Assembly: GCA_963667725.2 (NCBI GenBank)
Contig: CAXXHO010000003.1
Location: 352,001-416,000, forward strand
Source of the DNA: Treponemataceae bacterium
Lineage (GTDB): Bacteria > Spirochaetota > Spirochaetia > Treponematales > Rectinemataceae
Reading direction: 5' to 3'
DNA: 64,000 bases
The position numbers were made by a program, and so were the translations under genes. The notes beneath the pieces were generated by a model, which saw only the letters and a program-made list of their open reading frames with translations, was not told the DNA's origin and searched no databases. Shown here one piece after another: positions 18,774-28,720 of this stretch; positions within the stretch are counted from its first letter, which is position 1; each line of letters starts with the position of its first letter.

Positions 18774-19552
18774 AAGTGTAAAATGTTCATATCCTCCGGG
18801 CTATCGCAAAAGTGGTTGCCGTCACCTAGGATGGTCTTGTGGATTCCATGATCTGGGGCAAACAGGAAGAGGGTGTCATATTGCTGCCAAGCTTTGCAGG
18901 CGCAGTCTACCAATTTGGCAAAATCCCTGATATGACGGCACATTGCCTCGTATGAACTCTTGGATTCTGGCTCGGTATCATGAATACTGTCGTCATAATC
19001 CATGTTGTAGACCACCACGACATCATGTTGGTCCTCAGAAATGGCCCTCAGACCTTGCTGTGTGATTTCTTCATCGTTGTCGTAGTTGTGGTAATCGATC
19101 GGCCGCCCCGTAAAAATTGTGCCCATGGAACTGTCGGTACGAGCGATCAGGGTTGTCCTTTTCCCTTGCCGAGGCAGAGCATCGAACAGCGTATCGATTT
19201 TGACTAATTTTTTCTCATACACTTCAATCCCATGCACCTTAGGGATAGCTCCACTGAACATAGTGGCAAAGCATACAGGAGTAACAGGGGGAAATGAAGC
19301 AAGCATGGGAATTGTCATCCTGGTCCGTTCCATAACAGGCGCGAATTCGGCTGTGTATTTCTGATAGAGCCACTGGGCAATAGCATCAGGATTATAGATC
19401 AATACGCGCTGGCATTTTCCGCTTTTTGAGTATTTTTTCACGAGGCTCAAGACTTGTTCGATCGGTTCTCCGGCCAGTTTTGGGGACTCAATACCCATAG
19501 CTTGGGCGAGGGTAGCAGCAGTACTGGTCATTTGCACGGAATTGAATGCCAT
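18740..19552 (-). CDS. Alkaline phosphatase/phosphodiesterase superfamily protein
   Basis: Metal-site motifs PDAI, PPVTPVCF, YDDSIH and APDHG. Start set at MAFNS with RBS AGGAG. Confidence 0.75.
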   Translation of the reverse strand: MAFNSVQMTSTAATLAQAMGIESPKLAGEPIEQVLSLVKKYSKSGKCQRVLIYNPDAIAQWLYQKYTAEFAPVMERTRMTIPMLASFPPVTPVCFATMFSGAIPKVHGIEVYEKKLVKIDTLFDALPRQGKRTTLIARTDSSMGTIFTGRPIDYHNYDNDEEITQQGLRAISEDQHDVVVVYNMDYDDSIHDTEPESKSSYEAMCRHIRDFAKLVDCACKAWQQYDTLFLFAPDHGIHKTILGDGNHFCDSPEDMNILHFYGFKAAGDSR

Positions 19553-19701
19553 AAATACTCTCCTCGTTCTATATCTTTTGTTTTTTATAGTATGCTGTCT
19601 TCTCATAAAATAATAGACATCATGTGGAAGTAATCTTAGGTGGTTATCTTAAGCGAATGTAGAGTGGTAGCTAAAAGCATGGTATGATTTGCCCGTAAAT
19701 T

Positions 19702-20181
19702 ATGGATGACACTCTATATCTTTTATTTTTTCCGCTCGTCTTCCTTATTGGAAGTATCTATGCGCTGTATGTCTCAGTCATTGAACGTGAGGTAAAGTTG
19801 TCGGGTCTCAACGCTGAAGCCAGGGTGATCAAGGTTGAAAGGGCAATCCCTTCTGGCCTAAGTTCAATTTTTCATAATAAAAAAGGCGTCTTTGAATGTG
19901 ATTACTTACTCCGACTTTCTTACACGAAACTTTCGGGTACGCAGATGCAGGTGTGTACCACTGTCGCTGCGAGAATGAAGGTGGTGAAAGGTATGCGATT
20001 TCCATTTTTTTCGGAGGGCGACACTTTGTCGATTCGGTATAGCGAAAAAAATCCTCAAAGCGTAGTCGTACTTCTCGATACGATAAAGCAGAGACAGGGC
20101 GGAGCCTTTCCCGTTATCCTGTGGTTTTTTTGCACGTGTCTTTTAGCTGCGATCGTCATAGCGACTTTGATTTTTTTTTAG
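19702..20181 (+). CDS. Membrane protein (DUF3592-like: TM, beta domain, TM)
   Basis: N- and C-terminal hydrophobic helices; GDTLSIRYSEKNP resembles the G...V.Y.P.NP motif. Confidence 0.6.
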   Translation: MDDTLYLLFFPLVFLIGSIYALYVSVIEREVKLSGLNAEARVIKVERAIPSGLSSIFHNKKGVFECDYLLRLSYTKLSGTQMQVCTTVAARMKVVKGMRFPFFSEGDTLSIRYSEKNPQSVVVLLDTIKQRQGGAFPVILWFFCTCLLAAIVIATLIFF

Positions 20182-20244
20182 AAAGTCTGGCTAACAGTAT
20201 TCCAACCGCCATCTCCATGCTATTGTTATATTGGAGGATATTTA

Positions 20245-20862
20245 ATGCACCTAGTTTGCCTGGATCTTGAAGGAGTACTCGTACCTGAAATCTGGATTAC
20301 TTTCTCTGAAGTTACGGGAATTCCGGAATTGCGACGCACTACCCGCGATGAACCGGACTATGACAAGCTGATGAAGTATCGCTTGAGAATCCTAGCCGAA
20401 CACAACCTCAAGCTTAAGGATATACAGAAAGTCATCGGATCCATGTCTCCGCTCGATGGAGCTTCTGGGTTTCTAGCAGCGCTCAAGGAACAAACACAGG
20501 TTGTGATCCTATCTGATACATTTTCTGAATTCGCTAAACCGTTAATGGCCAAGCTTGGCTATCCGACCCTCTTCTGCAATAGCCTCATCATCGACAGCGA
20601 AGGTTCCATCAAAGATTATCTGATGAGGCAAAAAGACGGTAAGCGGAAATCGGTTGAGGCGTTAAAATCCCTGAATTTCAAAATCTTCGCGGCAGGTGAT
20701 TCCTTCAACGACTTGTCGATGATTCGCGCCGCCGACGCCGGCTGTCTTTTCCGCCCGCCTGCCTCAATTCGTACCCAATGCCCCGATCTCCCAAGCGTGG
20801 AGGACTATGAAGGGCTTTTAGAGCATATTGAAGAGCATATAGCGAATAGAAGAGCTGAATAA
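20245..20862 (+). CDS. thrH: Phosphoserine phosphatase/homoserine phosphotransferase ThrH
   Basis: CLDLEGVLVPEIW, TTRDEPDYDKLM, LSDTF and AAGDSFND. Confidence 0.93.
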   Translation: MHLVCLDLEGVLVPEIWITFSEVTGIPELRRTTRDEPDYDKLMKYRLRILAEHNLKLKDIQKVIGSMSPLDGASGFLAALKEQTQVVILSDTFSEFAKPLMAKLGYPTLFCNSLIIDSEGSIKDYLMRQKDGKRKSVEALKSLNFKIFAAGDSFNDLSMIRAADAGCLFRPPASIRTQCPDLPSVEDYEGLLEHIEEHIANRRAE

Positions 20863-20899
20863 CAAACTGGATGAACTTATCTTTGCGAAAGGATAATTT

Positions 20900-20944
20900 A
20901 GCCGAAGCCGGGAATCGAACCCGGTACCTGCGCATTACGAGTGC
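20900..20944 (-). repeat. att direct repeat: copy of the tRNA-Thr(CGT) 3' part
   Basis: 45-bp exact match to 57576-57620 (AGCCGAAGCCGGGAATCGAACCCGGTACCTGCGCATTACGAGTGC). Confidence 0.95.
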
Positions 20945-21078
20945 ATATTCTATAAAGCATGCAGTAGCTTATACTACTATAGTATTTACATAATTCGTTT
21001 CAGTCAATAGATATAATATCTATAGCGTTACTTATAATTACTTAGCTTTGCTCTATTAATTATGCAATTTTAGCCAAC

Positions 21079-21098
21079 TTTGCTACCGAATTTGCTAC
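21079..21098. repeat. Arm-type repeat pair, left end of the tRNA-Thr island
   Basis: TTTGCTAC-N4-TTTGCTAC, the same motif and 12-bp period as 57483-57502. Confidence 0.6.
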
Positions 21099-21252
21099 AA
21101 GTATCTTTAGGGGTTTTATCCGTTGGGCTCAGTATAGTTCCTGGTAAGGGGACTCATGGAAGTAGCATGAGAGGAGTTGAGGTCTACCTTATTTTTGATT
21201 CTTTTCTGTCTATATGGTGGGCTCATTATACTGCAGTAAAGTTACTTGCCAT

Positions 21253-23124
21253 TTAATCATCGATTGCTATAGGAAGCGTTATTAAAAATTGGCACCCTGA
21301 CTCTTCAAGATTCTTAACGCTTATTGTACCATCATGTCGCTTGATGATGCCATAACAGATAGAAAGTCCTAACCCTACATTATCCCCTTTTCCTTTATGA
21401 GTTGAATAGAATGGTATGAACACGTTATTTAGGTTTTCGCTTTGAATTCCCGTGCCTGTATCAGTGAATTCAATAGTGGCACGGGATTGTCCCTGAGGGT
21501 CAACAATCGATGAAGTTCTGATCCTGATATCACCTCCTTCTGGCATGGCTTCGAAACTGTTCTTCACTAAATTGAGGATCACCTGCTTTATCTCGTTTCG
21601 GTTTACCATGACCGAGATCTCTTGTTCGCTGGAGTTGAAGGTGATGGCAATTTTTTTGTCACGGGCGCTGATACGAAGCAGGCTGATTATATTCTCGATT
21701 ATTGTGTTCAAGCTGGTTTTCTCACGTCCTGTCTCGGCGGTGCTAGAGAGTGAGAGCAGGTCGCTGACAATGCCAGCGATGTAAGTGATCTCCTCATGGA
21801 GCTCGTCAACTGTCTTATGTAGCTTCACGTCATCGAAAGAAATTTTTATATACTTCAGATAATTATAGATAATCTCGAGAGGATTGTTAATCTCATGCGC
21901 GACTCCTGCAGCGAGGAGCCCGACGGAGGCGAGCTTTTCGGAAAGGATAACCTGCTTCTGAAGCTTGTCGAACTCAGAGATATCCTCAATGGTGATGATG
22001 TTGCCAATACGCTGGTTGTCGTCGAATATTGGGAGGGTTCTCACATTGCTTATTGTTTCGGTTCCGTTGATCGTCAGGGGGACCTGGTAGAACACACCAC
22101 CGTCATCGGTGTGGAGCGACTCGCGGACTAAAGCCAGAACTTTATGGTTTTCCTCCCCGAGGAGCTCCAAAAGGGGACGATTAGCGAAAGTCCCTTCTTC
22201 GAGATGGAAGTATTCCCTGCACAGTTCGTTTACTATCTTCGCCCGTTCCTCCACATCTACAACTATGAGGTTTATGGGCAGCTTCCGGAGGATCGCTTCA
22301 TTATACTTCAGGTACTGGTTGAATTCGCGTTTGTTATTATCGGAATCTGTCAAGGAATAAACCTGTGTATAGGTCAAACGTAGCAGATTCATCTTGTCGA
22401 TGTGGCCGACTTCGTCGGTCATAAGAATTTCACCGTTCTTCACGATGCTCACCCTGTCGGCGAAGTCGTAGACATCTTCGATGCGATGGGTGATGAAGAG
22501 TATCGCCATACCTTTAAGCCGCATCGAGTCCAGGATGTGGAGCACTTTGGGGAGATTGGAGGATGAGAGCTTTTCAAGAGCTTCATCCAGGATCAGGAGC
22601 CTGGGCTTTTTCTGGAGAGCGGCAAGTATCGAGATGAGGGTTCTGTCGGACAGGTTGAGATTGCTTACGATTTCGTTTGGGTTCAGGTTAAAGCTATGGA
22701 GGTCAAATAATACCTGGGCTTGGTTGCTAGAATCCCTCTTTCGCAACATGCCGTGGCGGGCGATTCCTCTGTTTAGAAAGTAGATGTTCTCGGCGACAGT
22801 GAAAAAAGCATTGAGCTGTACCTGTTGATAGACCATCTCGATACCCAGCCGATGGGCGATCGGTATGCTGAGCGATTCAAACGTTTGACCGGCGAACTCT
22901 ATTGTCCCCTTATTAGGCCGTAAATTACCGCTTAGGATCATGCCGAGGGAAGACTTGCCCGCGCCATGTTCGCCGACCAAAGCGTGGATTCGATAGGGAT
23001 AGAGCGTGAGGTTAACGTCTTTGAGCGCCGCGATTTGGCCATAATTATAGGAGATGAATGAAAGACGAGCCAATACGCTTTTTTCGAGGGGGGCAACATT
23101 GGGCTGCTCAGATATTGAGGCCAT
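21253..23124 (-). CDS. Hybrid sensor: sugar-ABC ATPase domain, PAS and histidine kinase
   Basis: N-terminal GEHGAGKS, MVYQQ, LLILDEA and FITHR; central PAS-like segment; H-box GVAHEINNPL, N-box QVILNLVKNS, DTGTG and GLGLS. No transmembrane helix. Confidence 0.88.
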   Translation of the reverse strand: MASISEQPNVAPLEKSVLARLSFISYNYGQIAALKDVNLTLYPYRIHALVGEHGAGKSSLGMILSGNLRPNKGTIEFAGQTFESLSIPIAHRLGIEMVYQQVQLNAFFTVAENIYFLNRGIARHGMLRKRDSSNQAQVLFDLHSFNLNPNEIVSNLNLSDRTLISILAALQKKPRLLILDEALEKLSSSNLPKVLHILDSMRLKGMAILFITHRIEDVYDFADRVSIVKNGEILMTDEVGHIDKMNLLRLTYTQVYSLTDSDNNKREFNQYLKYNEAILRKLPINLIVVDVEERAKIVNELCREYFHLEEGTFANRPLLELLGEENHKVLALVRESLHTDDGGVFYQVPLTINGTETISNVRTLPIFDDNQRIGNIITIEDISEFDKLQKQVILSEKLASVGLLAAGVAHEINNPLEIIYNYLKYIKISFDDVKLHKTVDELHEEITYIAGIVSDLLSLSSTAETGREKTSLNTIIENIISLLRISARDKKIAITFNSSEQEISVMVNRNEIKQVILNLVKNSFEAMPEGGDIRIRTSSIVDPQGQSRATIEFTDTGTGIQSENLNNVFIPFYSTHKGKGDNVGLGLSICYGIIKRHDGTISVKNLEESGCQFLITLPIAIDD

Positions 23125-24430
23125 ACTTTTCCATTTTGTTGTAGAGGGTTTTACGGCTCATGTTTAGAATCTCCGCTGTCTTGGAACGATTGTATTTTGT
23201 GTTCTGGAGAATTCTGATGATCAAGTCCTTGTCCATGTCCTGACGAATATCGACCGACTCGTAATTATCGCCTTTGCCGAATAGATTTACAGGCAGATCT
23301 TCCATTTCGATACAAGCTCCTCGGGACATTGCGGTAGCATAGCTAAGGACATTCTTCAGCTCACGCACATTCCCCGGCCAGCTGTAATCTAAAAACCTTT
23401 TCGCGACATCGTGCGATAATTCTTTACGGCAATTGCCGATGTGCTCAGCAAGGAAGTGATCGACAAGAAGGGGGATATCTCCCTTGCGTTCCCTGAGTGG
23501 AGGGACGGTGAGGACGGCGGCGTTGAGGCGATAGTACAAGTCCTCACGGAAAAGGTTTTTTCGGATTAAATCGAGCAGGTCTTTGTTTGTCGCGGCGATG
23601 AATCGCACATCGATCTTTATTGTCGCGCTTCCTCCCAGTCGCCGTATTTCGCTATTCTGCAGCGTTCTGAGGATCTTGGCTTGGATGCTGAGAGGCATGT
23701 CACCTATCTCATCAAGGAAGAGCGTACTTTTATCAGCTTTTTCAAAAAGGCCTTTGAAGATCGAATCAGCGCCGGTATATGCTCCCTTTTCGTGCCCGAA
23801 AAGCTCGTTGTCTAAAAGGGTTTCTGCGAAGGCTACGCAGTTGATCTTGACCATTGGCAGAGCGCTACGCGACGAAGCAGCGTGAATATAATCGGCTAAT
23901 ACTTCCTTTCCGGTTCCGCTTTCGCCTAAAACTAAAACGGGGAGATCCGTCTGCGCAAGTCTGTCCATCTTATTTCTGAGTTCAGTCATGTGGGAATCAG
24001 AGGAGATGATAGTAACTGAAAGCTCCCGAAGCCGGGATTTTAGATTGGTATTCTCGGTTTGGAGCCTGGAGAATTCGAGAGCTTTCTCAACAATTATCAA
24101 GAGTTCGTCGAAATCGATGGGTTTTTTGACATAGTCGAATGCGCCGAGTTTGAGGGACTGCACTGCCGTCTCTACTGAGGCGAAAGCGGTGATCATGATC
24201 ACGGGAATGGCTTTGTTGATGGCTTGTAGGTTCTTCAATAGGTCGATGCCACTTTCCTTGCCGAGCATTATATCAAGAAGCACAACATCGATTCCGCCAG
24301 CGGAGAATGCTGAAAGCGCTTCCTTAACGCCGGTGACGATCACTGTGTGATAATCCAGATGTTCGAAATTCTGCGCTAAGCTGACGCAGACCTTCACCTT
24401 GTCGTCGACGATAAGGATGGTTTTTTTCAT
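23108..24430 (-). CDS. Sigma54-dependent response regulator (NtrC/AtoC family)
   Basis: REC domain (VDD, LLDI), AAA+ GESGTGKE, GAYTGA, FLDEIG, FREDLYYRL, WPGNVREL and a Fis-type HTH. Confidence 0.95.
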   Translation of the reverse strand: MKKTILIVDDKVKVCVSLAQNFEHLDYHTVIVTGVKEALSAFSAGGIDVVLLDIMLGKESGIDLLKNLQAINKAIPVIMITAFASVETAVQSLKLGAFDYVKKPIDFDELLIIVEKALEFSRLQTENTNLKSRLRELSVTIISSDSHMTELRNKMDRLAQTDLPVLVLGESGTGKEVLADYIHAASSRSALPMVKINCVAFAETLLDNELFGHEKGAYTGADSIFKGLFEKADKSTLFLDEIGDMPLSIQAKILRTLQNSEIRRLGGSATIKIDVRFIAATNKDLLDLIRKNLFREDLYYRLNAAVLTVPPLRERKGDIPLLVDHFLAEHIGNCRKELSHDVAKRFLDYSWPGNVRELKNVLSYATAMSRGACIEMEDLPVNLFGKGDNYESVDIRQDMDKDLIIRILQNTKYNRSKTAEILNMSRKTLYNKMEKYGLNI

Positions 24431-24468
24431 TTTTCTCCATCAACATTACTCACTTCGATATCGCAGAA

Positions 24469-24485
24469 TGAGTAAAAATTACTCA
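24469..24485. promoter_or_regulatory. Candidate enhancer (UAS) palindrome
   Basis: TGAGTAA-AAA-TTACTCA with an extra half-site TTACTCA at 24446, ~115-130 bp upstream of the sigma54 promoter. Confidence 0.6.
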
Positions 24486-24599
24486 ATTAGTATGAGGGCC
24501 CAAAATCATACTGTCAATCTTTATTTTTTGCACTAATTTAAAAGGTTATGCTACAGTGGATTGATAAGCAATCATATTATTACTGCTATTTTGCTTCCA

Positions 24600-24615
24600 T
24601 GGCATGTTTCTTGCT
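24600..24615 (+). promoter_or_regulatory. Sigma54 (-24/-12) promoter
   Basis: TGGCAT-GTTTC-TTGCT matches TGGCAC-N5-TTGCW; divergent from a sigma54 activator gene. Confidence 0.85.
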
Positions 24616-24677
24616 ATGTACTTTGCTGTGACTATCGGAAGTTTTCCGACGAATAATCGAGAAGGAGGAAACAACTA

Positions 24678-25637
24678 ATGAAAAGGATTCGGTCTCTTGT
24701 GTTCATCCTGACCGCGGTCGCGATGGTATTCTCAGCCATGGCCGTAGGCGCTCAGGCAAAGCAAGTCAAGATCGCCGTAGTAAACCTCGCGCAGAGCAGC
24801 CCATACTTCATCGGTATGGCCGAGGCGATTAAACAGGAGGGGGCCCACTTTTCCAACATCAAGGTTATCGTTACCGATGCCAAGGGAGACGCGCAAAAAC
24901 TGACTTCCGACGTAGAAGATGTTCTCGCACAGAACGTCGACGGAATAATCCTGAGCGGTGCCTGGCTCGAATCGGCTCCTGAGGTTTTAGATTCTATCCA
25001 AAGGGCTAAGGTTCCCGTAGTACTCGTCGACAGAATGTTTACGGGGCCAAGTAGCGATAAATACACTAGCTGGGTTGGCCCGGACAATTACCTAATTGGG
25101 CAACAGGTCGGCGCTTATATTGCGAAACGTCTCAAGGGAGTCGGAACCGTCGTAATCCTGAAAGGTGGACCCGCAGACAATTCGATCGGTTATAACCGGA
25201 CCAATGGTGTCCTCTCCGAGCTTAAAAAAACTAAAATCGTAACGATAGCGGCTCCAAACTATGGTGGATGGAGTTCGGATGGCGGCTTTAAGCTCATGGA
25301 AGATCTCCTTGCTAAATACAAGCAGATAGACGCAGTTTTTGCAGAGAACGATTCCATGGCTCTCGGCGCCCAGAAAGCAATTGCTGATGCGAAACGCACC
25401 GATAAAATATTCATTTGTGGCGTCGATGGCGAAAAGGCAGCCCTCGAAGAGATTGCCAAGAAAACAAATTATGCTGCCAGCGGACTCAATAGCTCTGATC
25501 AGATCGGCCGTGCCGGCTTCACGCGCCTCATGACCATACTCGCTGGAGCCGTCCCTGAAAAGAACACAGTTATGGCATCCCCAATAATTACTATCGACAA
25601 TGTCCAGAGGTTCTATTTCCCTGAGAGCGTGTTCTGA
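24678..25637 (+). CDS. Sugar ABC transporter substrate-binding protein (RbsB-like)
   Basis: Signal peptide and PVVLVDR, VGPDN, FAENDSMALGA, GVDG motifs. Confidence 0.92.
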   Translation: MKRIRSLVFILTAVAMVFSAMAVGAQAKQVKIAVVNLAQSSPYFIGMAEAIKQEGAHFSNIKVIVTDAKGDAQKLTSDVEDVLAQNVDGIILSGAWLESAPEVLDSIQRAKVPVVLVDRMFTGPSSDKYTSWVGPDNYLIGQQVGAYIAKRLKGVGTVVILKGGPADNSIGYNRTNGVLSELKKTKIVTIAAPNYGGWSSDGGFKLMEDLLAKYKQIDAVFAENDSMALGAQKAIADAKRTDKIFICGVDGEKAALEEIAKKTNYAASGLNSSDQIGRAGFTRLMTILAGAVPEKNTVMASPIITIDNVQRFYFPESVF

Positions 25638-25646
25638 TCTTCATCC

Positions 25647-25668
25647 AGGCCCCCTCTTTAGGGGGCCT
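25647..25668 (+). terminator. Stem-loop after the SBP gene
   Basis: AGGCCCCCT-CTTT-AGGGGGCCT. Confidence 0.55.
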
Positions 25669-25697
25669 CTGCATCTATCCCAATGGAGAGATTCTAT

Positions 25698-27164
25698 ATG
25701 AAAATGCTCATAGATAGCCAATGGACAGATTCGGCCAACCATCAAACCAAGGTTGTCAAAAATCCTGGTACAGGGGAAGTTATCGACGAGGTTCCCCAGG
25801 CGACCGAAGGCGATATCGATCGAGCTCTCAAGGCAGCAGAGGAAGGCAAGAAGAGGATGAGCGCGACACCAGCGTATCGTCGAACCGAGATACTTACACG
25901 CGCAGCCGAAATAATTCACGAACGTAAGGAAGAGCTTGCGACGCTTTTAGCCAAAGAAAACGGCAAACCAATAGGCCAAACACGCGCCGAAGTCGAGGTT
26001 GCGGGACGTCTTTTTAGCGGATTTGCCGAGGAAGGTCGACGTATGTTCGGTCGTACCATCCCCATGGATTCGGTCCCTGGCAATGAGCGCCACTTTGCGA
26101 TGACCATCAGACAGCCGATCGGCGTTGTTGCCGCGATCGTTCCGTTCAACTATCCAGTGGAGTTGTTTGCCCATAAAGTCGCAGCAGCTTTAGCAGCTGG
26201 CAACGCAGTGATTACAAAACCACCAAGTGCTTGTCCCCTTACGCTCCTTAAAATCGCAGAGATTCTTGAGAATGCGGGACTACCGCGCGGAGTGCATCAA
26301 ATGATAACGGGACCGGGCGAGCTGGTAGGGGAGCGTCTTGCCTTAAGCCCTATAGTGCGCCTTCTATCGCTCACTGGAAGTGTCCCTGTCGGTATCAAGC
26401 TTGCGGAACTCGGTGCGAAGAATCTCCAGAAAATCCACCTGGAACTCGGCGGCAACGATGCCATGATAGTATGTGTAGATGCCGATATTGAGAAAGCGAC
26501 CGATGCTGTCATCCTGGGGCGACTCGCTCGAGGGAATGGCCAAATCTGTTGCGCAGTCAAACGGATTTTTATAGACCGTCGTATCTATAAAGATTTCTGC
26601 GCAATGTTAGTTTTAAAAGCCTCTCACCTCAAGGTTGGGGATCAATTAGCTGAGGATACCGATTGTGGACCCTTAATTTCAGAAAACGCCGCAAGAAAGG
26701 TTGAGAATTCCATAATCGAAGCGGTGAGGGCAGGTGCGAAGCTTCTCTATGGAGGATCGCGCAACGGCGCTTTCATTATACCTACTGTTCTTGCCGAGGT
26801 TTCCCCCTCGATGCCCTTGTTCCAGGAAGAGACCTTTGGGCCGGTGGCCCCTCTTGTGGCATTTCAAAATGTGGAGGAGGCGATACGAATGGCTAATGAT
26901 AGCCAGTTCGGATTACAAGCTTCCGTTTTTACAAACGATATCTCCCAAGCTATGACCATTGCCCGCCAATTGGAAGCTGGAGGCATCATCATCAACTGGT
27001 CTTCAGCGCTACGAGCTGAGAATGTACCTTTCGGGGGGATTAAGTTGAGCGGTCATGGCCGAGAAGCATTGCATGACACCCTTACCGGAATGACTGAAGA
27101 GAAAGCGATCATTATTCACAATGCTTTTCCGCAAGCTCTAAACCGAGAGGTGGTGGAGCCATGA
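25698..27164 (+). CDS. NAD(P)-dependent aldehyde dehydrogenase
   Basis: PFNYP, LTGS, LELGGND, GQICC, EETFGP and PFGGIK. Start set at the second Met downstream of GGAG. Confidence 0.93.
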   Translation: MKMLIDSQWTDSANHQTKVVKNPGTGEVIDEVPQATEGDIDRALKAAEEGKKRMSATPAYRRTEILTRAAEIIHERKEELATLLAKENGKPIGQTRAEVEVAGRLFSGFAEEGRRMFGRTIPMDSVPGNERHFAMTIRQPIGVVAAIVPFNYPVELFAHKVAAALAAGNAVITKPPSACPLTLLKIAEILENAGLPRGVHQMITGPGELVGERLALSPIVRLLSLTGSVPVGIKLAELGAKNLQKIHLELGGNDAMIVCVDADIEKATDAVILGRLARGNGQICCAVKRIFIDRRIYKDFCAMLVLKASHLKVGDQLAEDTDCGPLISENAARKVENSIIEAVRAGAKLLYGGSRNGAFIIPTVLAEVSPSMPLFQEETFGPVAPLVAFQNVEEAIRMANDSQFGLQASVFTNDISQAMTIARQLEAGGIIINWSSALRAENVPFGGIKLSGHGREALHDTLTGMTEEKAIIIHNAFPQALNREVVEP

Positions 27165-28720
27165 ATGCGGCGGCTTTTCTGCGAATGGAGGGGATTACAA
27201 AAAAGTATGGTGGCACGACTGCACTAAAGAATGTAAGCCTGTCTGCTGGGCTTGGTGAAGTTCATGCCATCGTCGGCGAAAATGGTGCCGGCAAATCCAC
27301 GTTGATGAATATCCTCTCTGGCGCTATCGAGCCCGACTTAGGAAGCATTTCCCTGGGGGCTACAACGGTGACGATTCGTTCTCCGCACCATGCCAATTCC
27401 TTGGGTATACGAGCCGTACACCAGGAGTTCAGCCTTGTGCCGCAACTGACTATCGCGGAGAACATTCTCATGGGGAAGTTGCCTACCCGTGGCAAGAGGC
27501 ACATAGTTATCGACTGGCCAAAGGCTTATGAAAAGGCGCGAGGGATTCTCGCCGAATTGGGCTTCGCAGGCATCGATGAACGTACCCGCGTTTTTCGCTT
27601 AAGTGTTTCTCAACAGCAGGTAGTGGAGATTGCCAAGGCTCTCGCCGAAAAGCCGAGCGTCTTGATTCTGGACGAACCTTCAGCGGTCCTATCGAAGGAA
27701 GAGCTCTCTCTCCTCTTTGCTCTGATACGGCGGCTCAAGGCTGAGAAGACGCTGATACTCTACATCTCACATAGGCTCGAAGAAGTATTCGAGATCGCTG
27801 ACCGTATCACTGTTCTCAGAGATGGTGAAGTGATCGATACTGTGATGTGCGATTCCATCGATCAAAATGATCTAATCCGCATGATGGTCGGGCGCTCTTT
27901 TGAGGAAATCTATCCTAAGCGCACGACGAAGATCGGGAAAGAAGTGCTTACCATCCATAATCTCTCTCGCGAGGGGGAATTCAGTGATATCGATTTTTCA
28001 CTTCATCGCGGAGAGGTCCTGGGTATGTTCGGCCTCGTCGGAAGCGGAAGGACCGCTATCGCGAGGAGCATTTTCGGGGCTGATCCCCCAACATCAGGAA
28101 GCATCGAAGTAGATGGTAAAGTATTACGGTTGCATACGCCCCATAATGCAGTGAACACAGGTATTTCCCTTGTGACGGAGGATCGTAAGCGGGATGGGCT
28201 GGTGTTGACGGGCACGATTTGTGACAACGTGAGCCTAGCTTCTTACCCCCGAATGAGCAACGGTATATTCTTGAACCGAAAGCTCCAAGAAAAGCTAGTG
28301 GAGGAAAAGATAAGGGCGCTTGCGCTGAAGCCCCAAAAAATCAAGGCTTTTGTGAAAACATTAAGTGGCGGCAATCAACAGAAAGTAATTCTTGCGAAGT
28401 GGTTGTTGTGTAATACAAAAGTACTCATTCTCGATGAACCTACGAGGGGCGTGGATATCGGCGCGAAAGTCGAGATCTACCATCTCATCAACGTCCTTGT
28501 CGAATCAGGAGTTGGGGTGTTGCTTATATCCTCGGAGATGCCCGAGGTCCTTGGTATGAGTGATAGGATACTTGTGATGCGTGAAGGGCGGCTCGTAGGC
28601 GATATCAGCCGGGATAAAGCCAGTGAAGAGAGAATTCTTCAGCTCGCGGCGGGTGTATCGCGTGAAGCTGATGGGTTAAATATTGCGCTAAGCGGAATTA
28701 CGATGGAGGGTAAGGCATGA
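27161..28720 (+). CDS. Sugar ABC transporter ATP-binding protein (RbsA-like, double NBD)
   Basis: GENGAGKS, ILDEP, ISHR; second half has EDRK, LSGGNQQK and DEPTRGVD. Confidence 0.95.
   Translation: MNAAAFLRMEGITKKYGGTTALKNVSLSAGLGEVHAIVGENGAGKSTLMNILSGAIEPDLGSISLGATTVTIRSPHHANSLGIRAVHQEFSLVPQLTIAENILMGKLPTRGKRHIVIDWPKAYEKARGILAELGFAGIDERTRVFRLSVSQQQVVEIAKALAEKPSVLILDEPSAVLSKEELSLLFALIRRLKAEKTLILYISHRLEEVFEIADRITVLRDGEVIDTVMCDSIDQNDLIRMMVGRSFEEIYPKRTTKIGKEVLTIHNLSREGEFSDIDFSLHRGEVLGMFGLVGSGRTAIARSIFGADPPTSGSIEVDGKVLRLHTPHNAVNTGISLVTEDRKRDGLVLTGTICDNVSLASYPRMSNGIFLNRKLQEKLVEEKIRALALKPQKIKAFVKTLSGGNQQKVILAKWLLCNTKVLILDEPTRGVDIGAKVEIYHLINVLVESGVGVLLISSEMPEVLGMSDRILVMREGRLVGDISRDKASEERILQLAAGVSREADGLNIALSGITMEGKA

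Noticed and set aside
20900..20944. Second tRNA-Thr gene
   Set aside because: Only the 3' 45 nt are present, with no D-arm or 5' acceptor strand; this is an att repeat.
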